From contig CAWEYG010000001.1 in assembly GCA_963813155.1 (NCBI GenBank), forward strand, positions 448,001-512,000: 64,000 nt of DNA, written 5' to 3'. The DNA is from an uncultured Acidobacteriota bacterium. GTDB lineage: Bacteria; Acidobacteriota; Thermoanaerobaculia; UBA5066; DATFVB01. Shown here one piece after another: positions 1-9,694 of this stretch. Each line of letters starts with the position of its first letter. Position 1 is the stretch's first letter. The position numbers were made by a program, and so were the translations under genes. The notes below the pieces were generated by a model that was not told the origin of the DNA, ran no database searches, and saw only the letters and a list, made by a program, of their open reading frames with translations.

Positions 1-756
1 CACGACGGCGGAACGAAGACGATCCTCGGCCAGACGGGAAATTTCGACGGGAACGACGCGATCCAGATTCTCCTGAACCGGCGCGACTCCCGCGGCGAGT
101 TGCTCTGCGGCCGATTCCTCGGAGCGAAGATGTTTTCGTTCTTCGGGTATCCGAGCCCGCCGGAATCGGTCGTTTCCGAGCTCGCCGCCGTCTTCGACTC
201 GAGCGGCCGTTCGGTCCGCGAGCTCGTCCGCCACATCTTTTCGATGCCCGAGTTCTATGCCGCCCACGCAAGGAAATCCCTCGTGCGGAGCCCCGCGGAG
301 TTCGTCGCGGGGAGCGTTCGCCTCACGAACGCCGAAAGCGATTTCCAGGCCGCGATCAATCTCCTCGGGAGCATGGGACAGGTCCTGTTCGATCCCGCGG
401 ACGCGAAAGGATGGTCGTGGGGGACGTCGTGGATCACGACGGGCTCGCTCTTCGCGCGATCCTCGTTTGCGAACAAGCTGGCGTCCAACCGGGGCTCGGG
501 CGGAACGCTGTTCGATCCGGCCGCGCTGATCGCCGGAAAAGACGCCTCGACTTCCGAGAAGGCGGTCTCCGTTCTCTCGGCGCAGCTCGGCGTCGACGAC
601 GCGAGCGGCGACTCCGCCGCAGCCTGGATCGACTACATGAACGCCAACGACGACGGAAGCCGCGGCGCCTGGGTCGACGACTCCGCGGGGATCGACAAGA
701 AAGTGCGCGGGCTCGTCCACCTGATGCTGACGTCGCCCGACTTCCAGACGGCCTGA
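1..756 (+). CDS. DUF1800 family protein (5'-truncated by window)
   Basis: Frame open from base 1 (HDGGTKTILGQTGNFDG). Contains RSPAEF, MGQVLFDP..KGW and a C-terminal LMLTSPDFQ. Adjacent to DUF1501. Confidence 0.85.
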   Translation, partial: HDGGTKTILGQTGNFDGNDAIQILLNRRDSRGELLCGRFLGAKMFSFFGYPSPPESVVSELAAVFDSSGRSVRELVRHIFSMPEFYAAHARKSLVRSPAEFVAGSVRLTNAESDFQAAINLLGSMGQVLFDPADAKGWSWGTSWITTGSLFARSSFANKLASNRGSGGTLFDPAALIAGKDASTSEKAVSVLSAQLGVDDASGDSAAAWIDYMNANDDGSRGAWVDDSAGIDKKVRGLVHLMLTSPDFQTA

Positions 757-766
757 GGAGGGCGAC

Positions 767-2011
767 ATGGCGATCTCGCGGCGGGACCTGCTCAAGAAGA
801 CGTTCGGGTACGTCACGGTTTCCGCGATCGCGCCCCGATTTTCGATCTCGCCGGGTTGGAGGAGCCGGGAGATCCTGTCGGCCGCGAACCCGAACCGGAT
901 CCTCGTCGTGCTCGAGCTGATGGGCGGCAACGACGGATTGAACACCGTCGTGCCGTACTCCGACGCGAACTACCCGAAGGCGAGGTCCCGAATCGGCGTC
1001 GACCTGACGAAGGTGCTCGATCTCGATTCCCATCTCGCGCTGAATCCCGCGATGACCGGCCTCAAGTCCCTGTGGGATGCCGGCCGCGTCGCCGTCGTCG
1101 AGGGCGTCGGGTACCCGAACCCGAACCTTTCCCACTTCGCCTCGCGCGACATCTGGCACCTGGCCGACCCCACGCTGGAAGAAACGCGCGGGTGGCTGGG
1201 CCGCTGGGCCGACGCCGCGCTCGCGGACTCGGACAATCCCCTCGCGTGCTGCGCGATCTCGCAATCTCTGCCGAAGACGCTGTTGTCCGACAGCGTGCTC
1301 GTGCCGACGTTCACCGATCTGGCCTCGTATTCGTACGCGACGGACGGGCAGTATCCGGGCGACGCGCAAAATCAGCTCGACGCCTTCCTGGCGGAAAACG
1401 GCGATCGGTACGAGATCGAGAGCACTCCCCGGGTGCTCTCCCGGGTCGGAAGCGACGCGATCGCGAGCTCGAATTCCCTCGGGTCCGTCGCGGGAAGCTC
1501 CCCGCCGGCGGCGCCCTACCCGGACGGCACCCTCGGCGCGGCGATGCAGCTCGTCGCCCAGATCATCGCCGGGAAGCTCGGCTCGCGGATCCTCTATGTG
1601 ACGTTCGGAGGGTTCGACAACCACGCGAACGAGGATCGGGATCACGACGGCCTTCTCGCGTCCGTGTCCGACTCCATCTCCGCTTTTTTCGCCGACCTCG
1701 ACGCGAGGGGGCTGTCCGGAGACGTCCTGCTGATGACGTGGTCGGAGTTCGGCCGGCGGGTCGCCGACAATGCGAGCAACGGAACGGACCACGGCACCGC
1801 GGCCCCGCACTTCGTCGTCGGCGACGCCGTCCGGAAGGGAATTTACGGGAACCCGCCGAACCTCGCGAGCCTCGACCCCTCCGGAAATCTCGTTTTCCAG
1901 AACGACTTTCGCGCGTACTACGGAACGATCCTGTCCGACTGGCTCGGGGCCGACTCCGCCGCCGTTCTCGGGTCGGGCTGGCCGAACCTGGGGTTCCTGA
2001 CCGCCTCCTAG
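767..2011 (+). CDS. DUF1501 family protein with Tat signal
   Basis: SRRDLLK Tat motif; GGNDGLNTVVPY, SHF, SEFGRR, GTDHG and DFR motifs; GAGGAGG RBS. Confidence 0.9.
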   Translation: MAISRRDLLKKTFGYVTVSAIAPRFSISPGWRSREILSAANPNRILVVLELMGGNDGLNTVVPYSDANYPKARSRIGVDLTKVLDLDSHLALNPAMTGLKSLWDAGRVAVVEGVGYPNPNLSHFASRDIWHLADPTLEETRGWLGRWADAALADSDNPLACCAISQSLPKTLLSDSVLVPTFTDLASYSYATDGQYPGDAQNQLDAFLAENGDRYEIESTPRVLSRVGSDAIASSNSLGSVAGSSPPAAPYPDGTLGAAMQLVAQIIAGKLGSRILYVTFGGFDNHANEDRDHDGLLASVSDSISAFFADLDARGLSGDVLLMTWSEFGRRVADNASNGTDHGTAAPHFVVGDAVRKGIYGNPPNLASLDPSGNLVFQNDFRAYYGTILSDWLGADSAAVLGSGWPNLGFLTAS

Positions 2012-2113
2012 CCGGGGCAAGGAATCCGGCCCGAATCGTGCTAATATCGGGACGACTTCGCCCAGACTGCCGCCGGCAGCCTGTGCGCGCGAAGTCGCTC
2101 CAGGAAGAGGCAC

Positions 2114-3382
2114 GTGGAATTTCAGGACGTTGGAAATCCCGCGGGTGGTCCGCGCAAAAGGAATCGCCGTCGCAGGGGACGCCGAAGACGCCCGCACGGA
2201 GGGCAACCCGGGCCGGGTGAAACCGCCGGTTCGAACGACCCCTCCGCCAGCGAGGGCGCACCCTCGCATTCCCCCGAGCCCGCGGCCGCAACGACGGCCG
2301 AGGTGGAGGGGGTGCTGTACCTCCCGGAGAAGGGCAACGGCGTCCTCGTCTCCCCGAAAAACAACTACCTGCCGGCTCCTCGCGACCCCCAGGTCACGAG
2401 GGATTTCGCCGAGCGCGAGCAGATCGTCTCCGGCACCCGCGTGCGGGGGTTCGCCTCGGGGGGCGGCCGCCCGTCCCTTTCTCGCGTCGAGACGCTCGAG
2501 GGAATGGTTCCCGACGAGTATCGCGCCCGGCCCTCGTTCACCGACCTCGTCTCCGTCGACCCGCACACGCGCCTGAGGTTCGAAACCGAGCCCGACGAAA
2601 TGTGCGGGCGCGTCGTCGACCTCGTCGCGCCGGTCGGCCGCGGCCAGCGGTGCCTGATCGTGGCGCCGCCGAAGACGGGCAAGACGACGCTCTTGAAACG
2701 GATGGCCCAGGCCATCTCGAAAAACCATCCCGACGTCGAGCTGATCGTCCTTCTCGTCGACGAGAGACCCGAGGAAGTGACCGACCTGCGGCGGTCGGTG
2801 CGGGGCGACGTCATCGCGTCGTCCTCCGACCTCACCGCGCAGAACCACATCGCGGTCGCCGAGATCGTCGCGGACCGCGCCCGGCGGCTCGTGGAATGCG
2901 GGAAGCACGCGATCATCTTCCTCGACTCCATCACCCGGCTCTCGCGCGCCTACAACCAGATGCAGCGTGGGGCGGGAAAGATCCTTTCCGGCGGCATCGA
3001 CGCGCGCACCATGGAGAAACCGAGGCGATTTTTCGGCGCGGCCCGGAACGCCGAAAACCACGGCTCCCTGACGATCATCGCGACCGCGCTCGTCGATACC
3101 GGCTCGCGCATGGATGAAGTGATCTTCCAGGAGTTCAAAGGCACCGGCAATATGGAGATCCTCCTCGACCGCGACCTCTTCGAGCGGAGGATCTTCCCCA
3201 CGGTCGTGATCCAGCAGTCCGGCACGCGGAAGGAAGAGAAACTCTACTCGGCGGAAGAGCTTCCGAAGATCCACAAGCTTCGCCGGGCCCTGGCCGGGGC
3301 GCACAAGGTCCAGGCCATGGAGCTGCTGCTGCAGCGCCTACAGAAATTCCCGACGAACGCGGACTTCCTGAAGAGCTTCTGA
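2114..3382 (+). CDS. rho: Transcription termination factor Rho
   Basis: GRGQR, P-loop [51 protein letters not shown]. Arg-rich disordered N-terminus. Confidence 0.97.
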   Translation: MEFQDVGNPAGGPRKRNRRRRGRRRRPHGGQPGPGETAGSNDPSASEGAPSHSPEPAAATTAEVEGVLYLPEKGNGVLVSPKNNYLPAPRDPQVTRDFAEREQIVSGTRVRGFASGGGRPSLSRVETLEGMVPDEYRARPSFTDLVSVDPHTRLRFETEPDEMCGRVVDLVAPVGRGQRCLIVAPPKTGKTTLLKRMAQAISKNHPDVELIVLLVDERPEEVTDLRRSVRGDVIASSSDLTAQNHIAVAEIVADRARRLVECGKHAIIFLDSITRLSRAYNQMQRGAGKILSGGIDARTMEKPRRFFGAARNAENHGSLTIIATALVDTGSRMDEVIFQEFKGTGNMEILLDRDLFERRIFPTVVIQQSGTRKEEKLYSAEELPKIHKLRRALAGAHKVQAMELLLQRLQKFPTNADFLKSF

Positions 3383-3384
3383 GG

Positions 3385-3447
3385 CAAAAAAGTGGGCCGC
3401 CGAAGCGGCCCGGGAAGGAGGAGGAGATCGACGTCTCATCTCGATCT
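3385..3447 (-). ncRNA. Candidate sRNA / intrinsic terminator convergent with rho
   Basis: Minus strand: hairpin AGATCGA..TCGATCT, linker CCTCCTCCTTCC, then GGGCCGC-TTCG-GCGGCCC-AC-T6. Confidence 0.45.
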
Positions 3448-3511
3448 ACGGACCTCCCTCGCGAGGCGTTTGCCCGTTTCGCATAGAATGTCGCCCTAAC
3501 GAGGAGGGCTC

Positions 3512-4159
3512 ATGGGAAAACTCGGACTCGGCTGCGCCGCGATCGTCCTGCTTCTCATCCTGATCGTCGGGCTCGGCTTCGCAGGCACTTACAACACGCT
3601 CAACCGGAAGAACCAGGCCGTCAACGCGCAATGGGCGCAGGTCCAGAACGTCTACCAGCGCCGCGCGGACCTGATTCCCAACCTCGTCGCGACGGTCGCC
3701 GGCGCCGCGAACTTCGAAAAATCGACCCTGCAGGCGGTGATCGAAGCGCGGTCGAAAGCGTCCTCGATTCAGGCCACACCGCAGCTCGTGAACGATCCTC
3801 AGGCTTTTCAGAAATTCCAGGCGGCCCAGGGTGAGCTCACCTCCGCCCTGTCACGGCTCATGGTCGTCGTCGAACGGTATCCGGAGCTCAAGGCCAATCA
3901 GAACTTCCGCGACCTGCAGGCTCAGCTCGAGGGAACGGAAAATCGCATCACCGTCGAGCGGCAGCGCTTCAACGAAGTGTCCCAGGACTACAACACGACG
4001 TTCCACTCCTTTCCGACGAACATGATCGCCGGGCTGTTCGGGTTCAAGGAAAAGGCGTACTTCCAGGCGCAGGCGGGCGCGGAAGCTCCGCCGAAGGTGA
4101 ATTTCGATTTCGGGACGAGCACGGCGGCGCCGGCGCCCGCGACGGCCACGACGCACTGA
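3512..4159 (+). CDS. lemA: LemA family protein
   Basis: N-terminal TM segment; YQRRADLIPNLV, ERYPELKA, LEGTENRI, FPTN. Confidence 0.95.
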   Translation: MGKLGLGCAAIVLLLILIVGLGFAGTYNTLNRKNQAVNAQWAQVQNVYQRRADLIPNLVATVAGAANFEKSTLQAVIEARSKASSIQATPQLVNDPQAFQKFQAAQGELTSALSRLMVVVERYPELKANQNFRDLQAQLEGTENRITVERQRFNEVSQDYNTTFHSFPTNMIAGLFGFKEKAYFQAQAGAEAPPKVNFDFGTSTAAPAPATATTH

Positions 4160-4183
4160 AACGGTGAAACGCCCCGCGCTGGG

Positions 4184-4359
4184 AAGGCTCACTCGGGGTC
4201 CTGTCGGACCGCACGCCGAGCGAAGGTCCGCGCGCGGCCGGGGCTGACGCGCTGGCCCGGCTCGGCTCCGCGGTTCGAGGGACTTTGCTACGACTCCGCG
4301 CCGCGAGCGGCAAAAGGGGGCTCCGCTCGCGCCACCCCTCGTGAGCCGAGCGAGGCCCT
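4184..4359 (+). repeat. Mosaic MITE-like intergenic element, copy A
   Basis: Core GACTTTGCTACGACTCCGCGCCGCGAGCGGCAAAAGGGG at 4281; right terminus GCCGAGCGAGGCCCT at 4345-4359. Confidence 0.75.
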
Positions 4360-5076
4360 GGCTTCGCGATTCTCCTGGGCCTGGCGATCGGGTCTCGGCG
4401 CGTCGCTCGCGCGGACGTCGCGCTGCCGCCGGCCCCGAAGGACTACTTCAACGACTCCGCCTCGCTCGTCTCCGCGGACGACGCCGCGCGGATGAACGGC
4501 GAGCTTCGGCAGTTCGACGAACAGACTTCCAACCAGATCCTCGTCGCGATCTTCCCTTCCCTTCCGGAGCCTTCGCTCGAGGACTTCACGATCCGCACGG
4601 CCCAGGCCTGGCGCGTCGGGCAGAAGAAGCTGAACAACGGCGCCGTGCTGTTCCTCTTCGTCCAGGACCACAAATCGCGAATCGAAGTCGGATACGGCCT
4701 CGAAGGAGCGCTGCCCGACGCGACGTGCAAAGACATTCTCGAAGACCAGCTCGCGCCGAAGTTCCGCCAGGGGGACTACGCGGGAGGGCTCGAAGCCGCG
4801 ATCGGGGCCATGATGGCCGCCACGCGCGGCGAGTACAAGGCGGCGGCGCGCTCCCGTCCGCGGCAGGCCGCGATTCCGCAGGGATGCGTCACGATCTTCG
4901 TCGTCCTCGTCTTCTTCATTTTCCCGCTCTTCTTCCGCCGGCGATGGCGAACGTTTGGCGGCGGGGGCTGGTCGACGGGCGGAGGCTGGGGTGGAGGAGG
5001 CTGGTCCGGCGGAGGGGGCGGATTCTCCGGCGGCGGCGGCTCGTTCGGAGGCGGCGGCGCCTCCGGGAGCTGGTGA
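4341..5076 (+). CDS. TPM domain protein (YgcG-like) with Gly-rich tail; 5' end has indels
   Basis: W.VGQKKLNNG.L, RIEVGYGLEGALPD, GGGSFGGGGASGSW. Start uncertain. Confidence 0.85.
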
Positions 5077-5089
5077 CGGAGGGAGTTCG

Positions 5090-5518
5090 ATGAAGAGCTT
5101 CTTCAACAAGATCGACCACGACCGCATCGTCGGCGCGATCGCGGCGGCGGAAAAGCAGAGCTCCGGCGAGATCCGCGTGCATCTGCACCACCGCTCGGTT
5201 GCCGATCCGCAGGACGCGGGCCGGAAGGCGTTCGAAAAGCTCGGCATGACGAACACCCGACGCCGAAACGCCGTCCTGATCTTCGTCGCGCCCCGGTCCC
5301 GCAATTTCGCGATCCTGGGCGATTCGGGAATCCACGAAAAGTGCGGCGACGATTTCTGGAAAAAAGCCGCCGAAAAGCTCTCCGCCCATTTCCGCGACGG
5401 AAAGTTCACCGACGGTCTCGTCGAGACGATCGGCGAGCTCGGGAGCGTCCTGGCGGCGCATTTCCCCCGCGAGGCCGAAGACCGGGACGAGCTCCCGAAC
5501 GAAATCGACGAAGGCTGA
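5090..5518 (+). CDS. TPM domain protein
   Basis: AI.AAEKQSSGEIRVH, F.KLGM..T..RNAVLI, GDSGI, ELPNEI. Third gene of the lemA-TPM-TPM operon. Confidence 0.9.
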   Translation: MKSFFNKIDHDRIVGAIAAAEKQSSGEIRVHLHHRSVADPQDAGRKAFEKLGMTNTRRRNAVLIFVAPRSRNFAILGDSGIHEKCGDDFWKKAAEKLSAHFRDGKFTDGLVETIGELGSVLAAHFPREAEDRDELPNEIDEG

Positions 5519-5520
5519 GC

Positions 5521-6465
5521 TCAGACCGCGCGGCGCGCGGCGGAATGCAGCAGGGTCTCTTCCCGCAGGCCCCGCAGCAGCTCGAGCGGCCGGGTCCGGC
5601 GAATCTCCGAGGGGCTCGCGCCGAATTCCTTTCGAAACGCGGCCGTGAAATGGCTGTGGCTCGAGTAGCCCAGCCGGATCGCGAGCTCCCCGAGGTCGGC
5701 GGACGCGTCGGCGACGCGGTCGAGCGCCGTGCGCAGGCGAAGGGAGACCTGGTACCGGTGAAGCGTGAACCCGGTTGCCCGCTTGAAGACGCGGCACAGG
5801 TGAAAAGGCGACATCCCGACGGCCGCGGCAATGTCATCGAGACGCAGCGGCGCGGCGAACCGCTCGACGAGAAAGATCCGGATTCGCTCGACGAGCTCGA
5901 GCGTCTCCGCCGGAGACTTCGGGGTCCCGCTCTTTTCCGACGCCCACTCCGGAGAGCCCGTCGCGGACGAGACGAGAGCGATCCCGAGCTCGTCGATCTC
6001 CAACGGCTCGGGCCGGGGAGAGGCCGCGGCGCGATCGAGAATCAGTCTCTGAAGAAGATAGCTCTTCGCGGAGCTCTGTCCCCGGATTTCCGAGAAGGCG
6101 TCTCCCCGTTCGCCGATCCCCGAGGCTGATACTCCCGCGATCTCTTCGAAGACGTCGGGACGCACGAGAAAGTACGCCCCGCGAGACTTCGGTCCGATGT
6201 GACGGCTCATGCGATAGGGCGAGTGCGGCCGGATGTGCAGGGTCGAGTTGGGATCGATCACGGCGGATCGGGGACCGGAATGCACCAGGAACGCGCCGTG
6301 GTGTGTGAAAGAGAGCATGTGCCATTTCTGCGTTTGAACGGTCGTCGACTCGGACGGCCCCACGAGACAACGCCAGCGGCCGATTCGAAAGATATCCGTC
6401 GCGAGAACGGGTTCCACCAGAACGCCGACCGCGTACCGGGACACCGAGGGCATTTCCGCCGCCAT
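5521..6465 (-). CDS. AraC family transcriptional regulator
   Basis: Double HTH: SPFHLCRVFKRATG...LGYSSHSHFTAAFRKEFG.SP. GGAGG upstream of ATG 6465. Confidence 0.9.
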   Translation of the reverse strand: MAAEMPSVSRYAVGVLVEPVLATDIFRIGRWRCLVGPSESTTVQTQKWHMLSFTHHGAFLVHSGPRSAVIDPNSTLHIRPHSPYRMSRHIGPKSRGAYFLVRPDVFEEIAGVSASGIGERGDAFSEIRGQSSAKSYLLQRLILDRAAASPRPEPLEIDELGIALVSSATGSPEWASEKSGTPKSPAETLELVERIRIFLVERFAAPLRLDDIAAAVGMSPFHLCRVFKRATGFTLHRYQVSLRLRTALDRVADASADLGELAIRLGYSSHSHFTAAFRKEFGASPSEIRRTRPLELLRGLREETLLHSAARRAV

Positions 6466-6537
6466 TCTCAGCGCCCTCCGCGGGAGACGGGCTCGAGTTC
6501 GTCCCGGCGTTCTCATGAGTCTTGCCCGGGACAATGC

Positions 6538-6643
6538 GCAAGCCCGGTGCCAGAGGTCTCATCCCGAATTTTGAATGACTTACGACTCTCCCAATCGCGC
6601 GCGCCGTCCGGTTTTTGGGATTCACAGTGTCCGTTTTCGAACA
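6538..6643 (-). promoter_or_regulatory. Sigma54 promoter with IHF-like site and TGT-N10-ACA enhancer
   Basis: TGGCAC-CGGGC-TTGC (6552-6538); TAAGTCATTCAAAA near 6570-6582; TGT-N10-ACA at 6628-6643. Confidence 0.65.
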
Positions 6644-6650
6644 CAGCGAG

Positions 6651-6682
6651 AAAAGAAAAGGCGGGGCAGAAGCCCCGCCCTT
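6651..6682 (-). terminator. Intrinsic terminator of DUF2911 gene
   Basis: GGCGGGGC-TTCT-GCCCCGCC followed by TTTTCTTTT on the minus strand. Confidence 0.8.
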
Positions 6683-6698
6683 GTCGCCGGAGAGGTCG

Positions 6699-7340
6699 CT
6701 ACTTCGAAACGGTGAAGGGAACGATCGCGGCGGTCGTGTCCCACGCCATGGCGATGCCGCCGCCGGAATCGGACATGTCGACGAACGCAATCGTGAACTG
6801 GTCGACCGAGTGCCCCAGCTTCTTCATCGTCATCGGCGCGCGCACGACGTCGAACTTCGAATCGTAACCGTAGGAGCCCCAGATCGCCGCCTTGTCGTTC
6901 GGGTCGTATTTCGTCTGAAACTTCTGCGTCGAAACGATCAGGGTCCAGCCGCTCTCCTTGAGATCCACGAAGAGGTCGTAGGTCCCGGGAGCGAGCGTCT
7001 TGCCGCCGATCGTGATCGGCACTTCCGTCGTCAACGTCGTCGTCTGGTTCGCGCCCAACCTCCAGACCGGAGCGTCGCCGGTGACCGCCTTGCCGTAGGA
7101 GGCGCCGGAGCCGAAGATCCCCTTCCGGCCGCGCAGGACCGGGCGGCCGTAGTCGACCTCGATCCACTTTCCGCCGCTGTAACGCGCTTCTTCTCCGGGC
7201 TTCTCCGCCGTCCACTTGCCGCCGACCTGCGTCGCCGCCGTTCCGCGCGGCGAGAGGGGCTTCTTCTGTTCCTGCGCCACGGCCAACGCGGCCGTCGCCA
7301 GAAGACCCAGACCGAAAACCACGAACTTACGATTCAACAA
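6699..7340 (-). CDS. DUF2911 family secreted protein
   Basis: Signal peptide, LSP, YGRP..RGR.IFG, WRLGAN..T, PGTY.LF. AGGAGG before TTG. Confidence 0.85.
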   Translation of the reverse strand: MLNRKFVVFGLGLLATAALAVAQEQKKPLSPRGTAATQVGGKWTAEKPGEEARYSGGKWIEVDYGRPVLRGRKGIFGSGASYGKAVTGDAPVWRLGANQTTTLTTEVPITIGGKTLAPGTYDLFVDLKESGWTLIVSTQKFQTKYDPNDKAAIWGSYGYDSKFDVVRAPMTMKKLGHSVDQFTIAFVDMSDSGGGIAMAWDTTAAIVPFTVSK

Positions 7341-7404
7341 CTTTTCCTCCTGTTCGAGCCGGAAAACCCTTTTCCGGCGCGCTCCAGCATACCGCACACC
7401 GTTG

Positions 7405-7420
7405 CGGCCCGAACCTTGCA
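7405..7420 (+). promoter_or_regulatory. Candidate sigma54 promoter
   Basis: CGGCCCGAACCTTGCA (GG-N10-GC) upstream of the 7446 ORF. Confidence 0.45.
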
Positions 7421-7445
7421 CAGGAAGGAACCGGGAGGAGAAATC

Positions 7446-7667
7446 ATGGATTCGACTTCGATCACCCTGGAGGACTTCACGAACCTCCCCGAGGGAATGC
7501 GGCACGAAAGCGGGGCCCGGGTCCGCCGCTGCCCCCGCTGCGGGCGAAATGGCCTGCGGGTCCGGGCGGGGAGCGAAAATTCCTACCTTCACGTGCAGAC
7601 TTCGCGAATCTTCGGCGACGGAATCCTGACCGAGCCTCAGGACCGCTGCTCCCAGATCGAGAACTGA
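7446..7667 (+). CDS. Small putative Zn-ribbon protein (73 aa)
   Basis: GGAGGAG RBS; CPRCG..H..C pattern. Confidence 0.65.
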   Translation: MDSTSITLEDFTNLPEGMRHESGARVRRCPRCGRNGLRVRAGSENSYLHVQTSRIFGDGILTEPQDRCSQIEN

Positions 7668-7668
7668 C

Positions 7669-8295
7669 TCAGCGCCGCCGCGCGCGCCTCGAAACGGGGC
7701 GCCGGCCAGTCGTCGCCTGCCCCAGCCGGTGCAGCAGAAGCGCCGCGGCCGCGAGAACGACCCCGAGAACGATCAGGCCGACCCTGCCGGACCACCTCAG
7801 GACGCGTTCGAAGTCGCGGGCGCCCACGTATCCGAGCGCAGTCGAAGCCCCGCCCCACAGCGCGCCGGCCGCGAGGTCCCAGGAAAGGAACCGGAGATAC
7901 GGCATTTTCGCGGCGCCCGCGGCAGAGGGCATGACCGTCCTCAGAAACGGGGTGAACCGCGCGAGGAAGATCGCGATGCCGCCCTTTCTCTTGAGCCACG
8001 TTCGGGCCTGCGCCCAGTGCTGGCGCCGGCGCTTCAGGAAGCGGGCGCCTCCCAGCTTTCGCCCCAGGAGGAATCCGATGCTGTCGCCGGCCCAGGCGCC
8101 CGCGATCGCGGCCGCGGCCGCCGCCGCGTACGGAACGCGTCCCCGGCCGGCGAGCACGCCTCCGAGGATCGCGGCGACTTCCCCCGGCACGACGAGGCCG
8201 ACGAGCAGGGCAGACTCGGCCGCCGTGAGGAGAAAAACGACCCCGACTCCGACGCCGGCCGGAATCCGGACGAAGAACTCCAGCACGCCTCGCAT
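7669..8295 (-). CDS. DedA family membrane protein
   Basis: AES...G..VPGE, GDSIGF.LGR, FLARFTPFLR motifs. Confidence 0.9.
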   Translation of the reverse strand: MRGVLEFFVRIPAGVGVGVVFLLTAAESALLVGLVVPGEVAAILGGVLAGRGRVPYAAAAAAAIAGAWAGDSIGFLLGRKLGGARFLKRRRQHWAQARTWLKRKGGIAIFLARFTPFLRTVMPSAAGAAKMPYLRFLSWDLAAGALWGGASTALGYVGARDFERVLRWSGRVGLIVLGVVLAAAALLLHRLGQATTGRRPVSRRARRR

Positions 8296-8299
8296 CCGT

Positions 8300-8775
8300 T
8301 CAAGGGCGAACCGATCTCGATGACGCGGCCGGGAAACGTCTGCGCGCATCGCCAGCACAGCAGCGCGCCGTCGCACTCGCGCAGCTTCGGAACGCGCGAC
8401 CGGGGGAACGCGACCCGCGCCCCGCAGCGCCGGCAGCTCGAGACGACGCCGCGTCCCGGCCCGAAGAACCTGCCGGGGCGGCGACAGGCGAGGAACCGCC
8501 CCGGGTGCGGGAACGGCGGCAAAGGCCCTTCGACCGAGGCGAGGCGAAGCAGCAGCCATCGCAGGTCGTCGGGAGAGAGCCCGAACTCCGGTCCGGAGGC
8601 GAGCGCGCACCGCTTCAGAACGCCCGACAAGCTCTCTTCGTCGGCGCCGAAGCTCGGGCCTTCGTTCGCGAGATCCGTCAGGAGCCCCGCGGGCCCAGGC
8701 CGCGACGTCCTCGTCCGAGAGCATCCCCGCGAGGCGGCGAAGAAGCTGCTGCGCGATCGTGATGGGATCCGCCAC
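8300..8775 (-). CDS. Hypothetical Cys-pair protein (frameshifted)
   Basis: MADPITIAQQLL joins, across an indel near 8690, a frame with CRRCG and CWRC. End uncertain. Confidence 0.45.
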
Positions 8776-8858
8776 GGCCCAATGATCTTATCGTCTTTGA
8801 CGATCTTGTCGCCTTTATCGAGGACCCCGGCCTTCCGGGTAGAATGGAAGCGGTTCGA

Positions 8859-9635
8859 GTGAGCTTTTTCTCGCGGAATCGAGCGCCGTTTCTCCTGGCC
8901 CACCGCGGGGCTTCGGGGGAGTCTCCCGAAAACACCCTCGCGAGCTTTCTCGAAGCCGTCCGGCAGCGGGCCGACGCGATCGAGCTCGACCTTCAATTGA
9001 CTTCCGACGGCCACTTCGTCGCGTCCCACGACCGGAATCTCCGGCGCGTGTCGGGGCACGCCGTCGTCGTCGAAGACACGGCTTTCCACGTTCTGCGGCA
9101 TTTGAGCGTCTCGCGCCGTTTCCCGGGATCTCGGCGGGTCGTCATCCCTTCGCTCGAAGAGATTTTCGACGCGGTTCCGCCGGAATTCCCCCTCAACCTG
9201 GACCTGAAGTGCCAGCGCGCCGGCCGAAAGAGGTTCGCCGACCATCTCGTTCGCGCGATCGAGGGCCGGCGACACCTGCTTCTCTCGAGCTTCAACTGGG
9301 GGTTGCTCGCGGAGATCCGCCGCCGGCTGCCCGCGATCGAAATGATGCCCGCCGTTCACCGCAGATTTTCCGGGGCCCTGCGGTTTGCCGAGGCGGTCGG
9401 CGCGCAAGCCGTCGCGGCCCACCACGGCTTTCTCCGCGGCCGGTTCGTCCGCGCGGCGTCCGCCCGAAGGCTTTCCGTTCTCGCGTTCACCGTCAACGAC
9501 GCGCCGGAAGCCCGGCGGCTGCTCCACCTCGGGGTCTCCGGCTTCTTCACGAACTTTCCGGCGAAACTGAGGGCGTCCCTCGAACAGGAGACGCCGGGAA
9601 ACAAATCGAGGCTCGAACGGGAAGCGGCGACGTGA
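8859..9635 (+). CDS. Glycerophosphodiester phosphodiesterase
   Basis: AHRGAS...PENT, IELDLQLTSDG, HD, FTVND, GVSGFFTNFP. Confidence 0.92.
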   Translation: MSFFSRNRAPFLLAHRGASGESPENTLASFLEAVRQRADAIELDLQLTSDGHFVASHDRNLRRVSGHAVVVEDTAFHVLRHLSVSRRFPGSRRVVIPSLEEIFDAVPPEFPLNLDLKCQRAGRKRFADHLVRAIEGRRHLLLSSFNWGLLAEIRRRLPAIEMMPAVHRRFSGALRFAEAVGAQAVAAHHGFLRGRFVRAASARRLSVLAFTVNDAPEARRLLHLGVSGFFTNFPAKLRASLEQETPGNKSRLEREAAT

Positions 9636-9694
9636 CGATTTCTCCGGGCGACGGACGGAACCCGCGAAAGTGTTACAATCACGCGGCTTTTGCG

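Noticed and set aside
434-3304. 956-aa minus-strand ORF and the many other long overlapping ORFs
   Set aside because: Antisense or alternative-frame shadows of real genes in high-GC DNA; Arg/Pro-rich with no motifs.
4955-5076. GGC-rich low-complexity tract
   Set aside because: Encodes the normal Gly-rich tail of TPM proteins.
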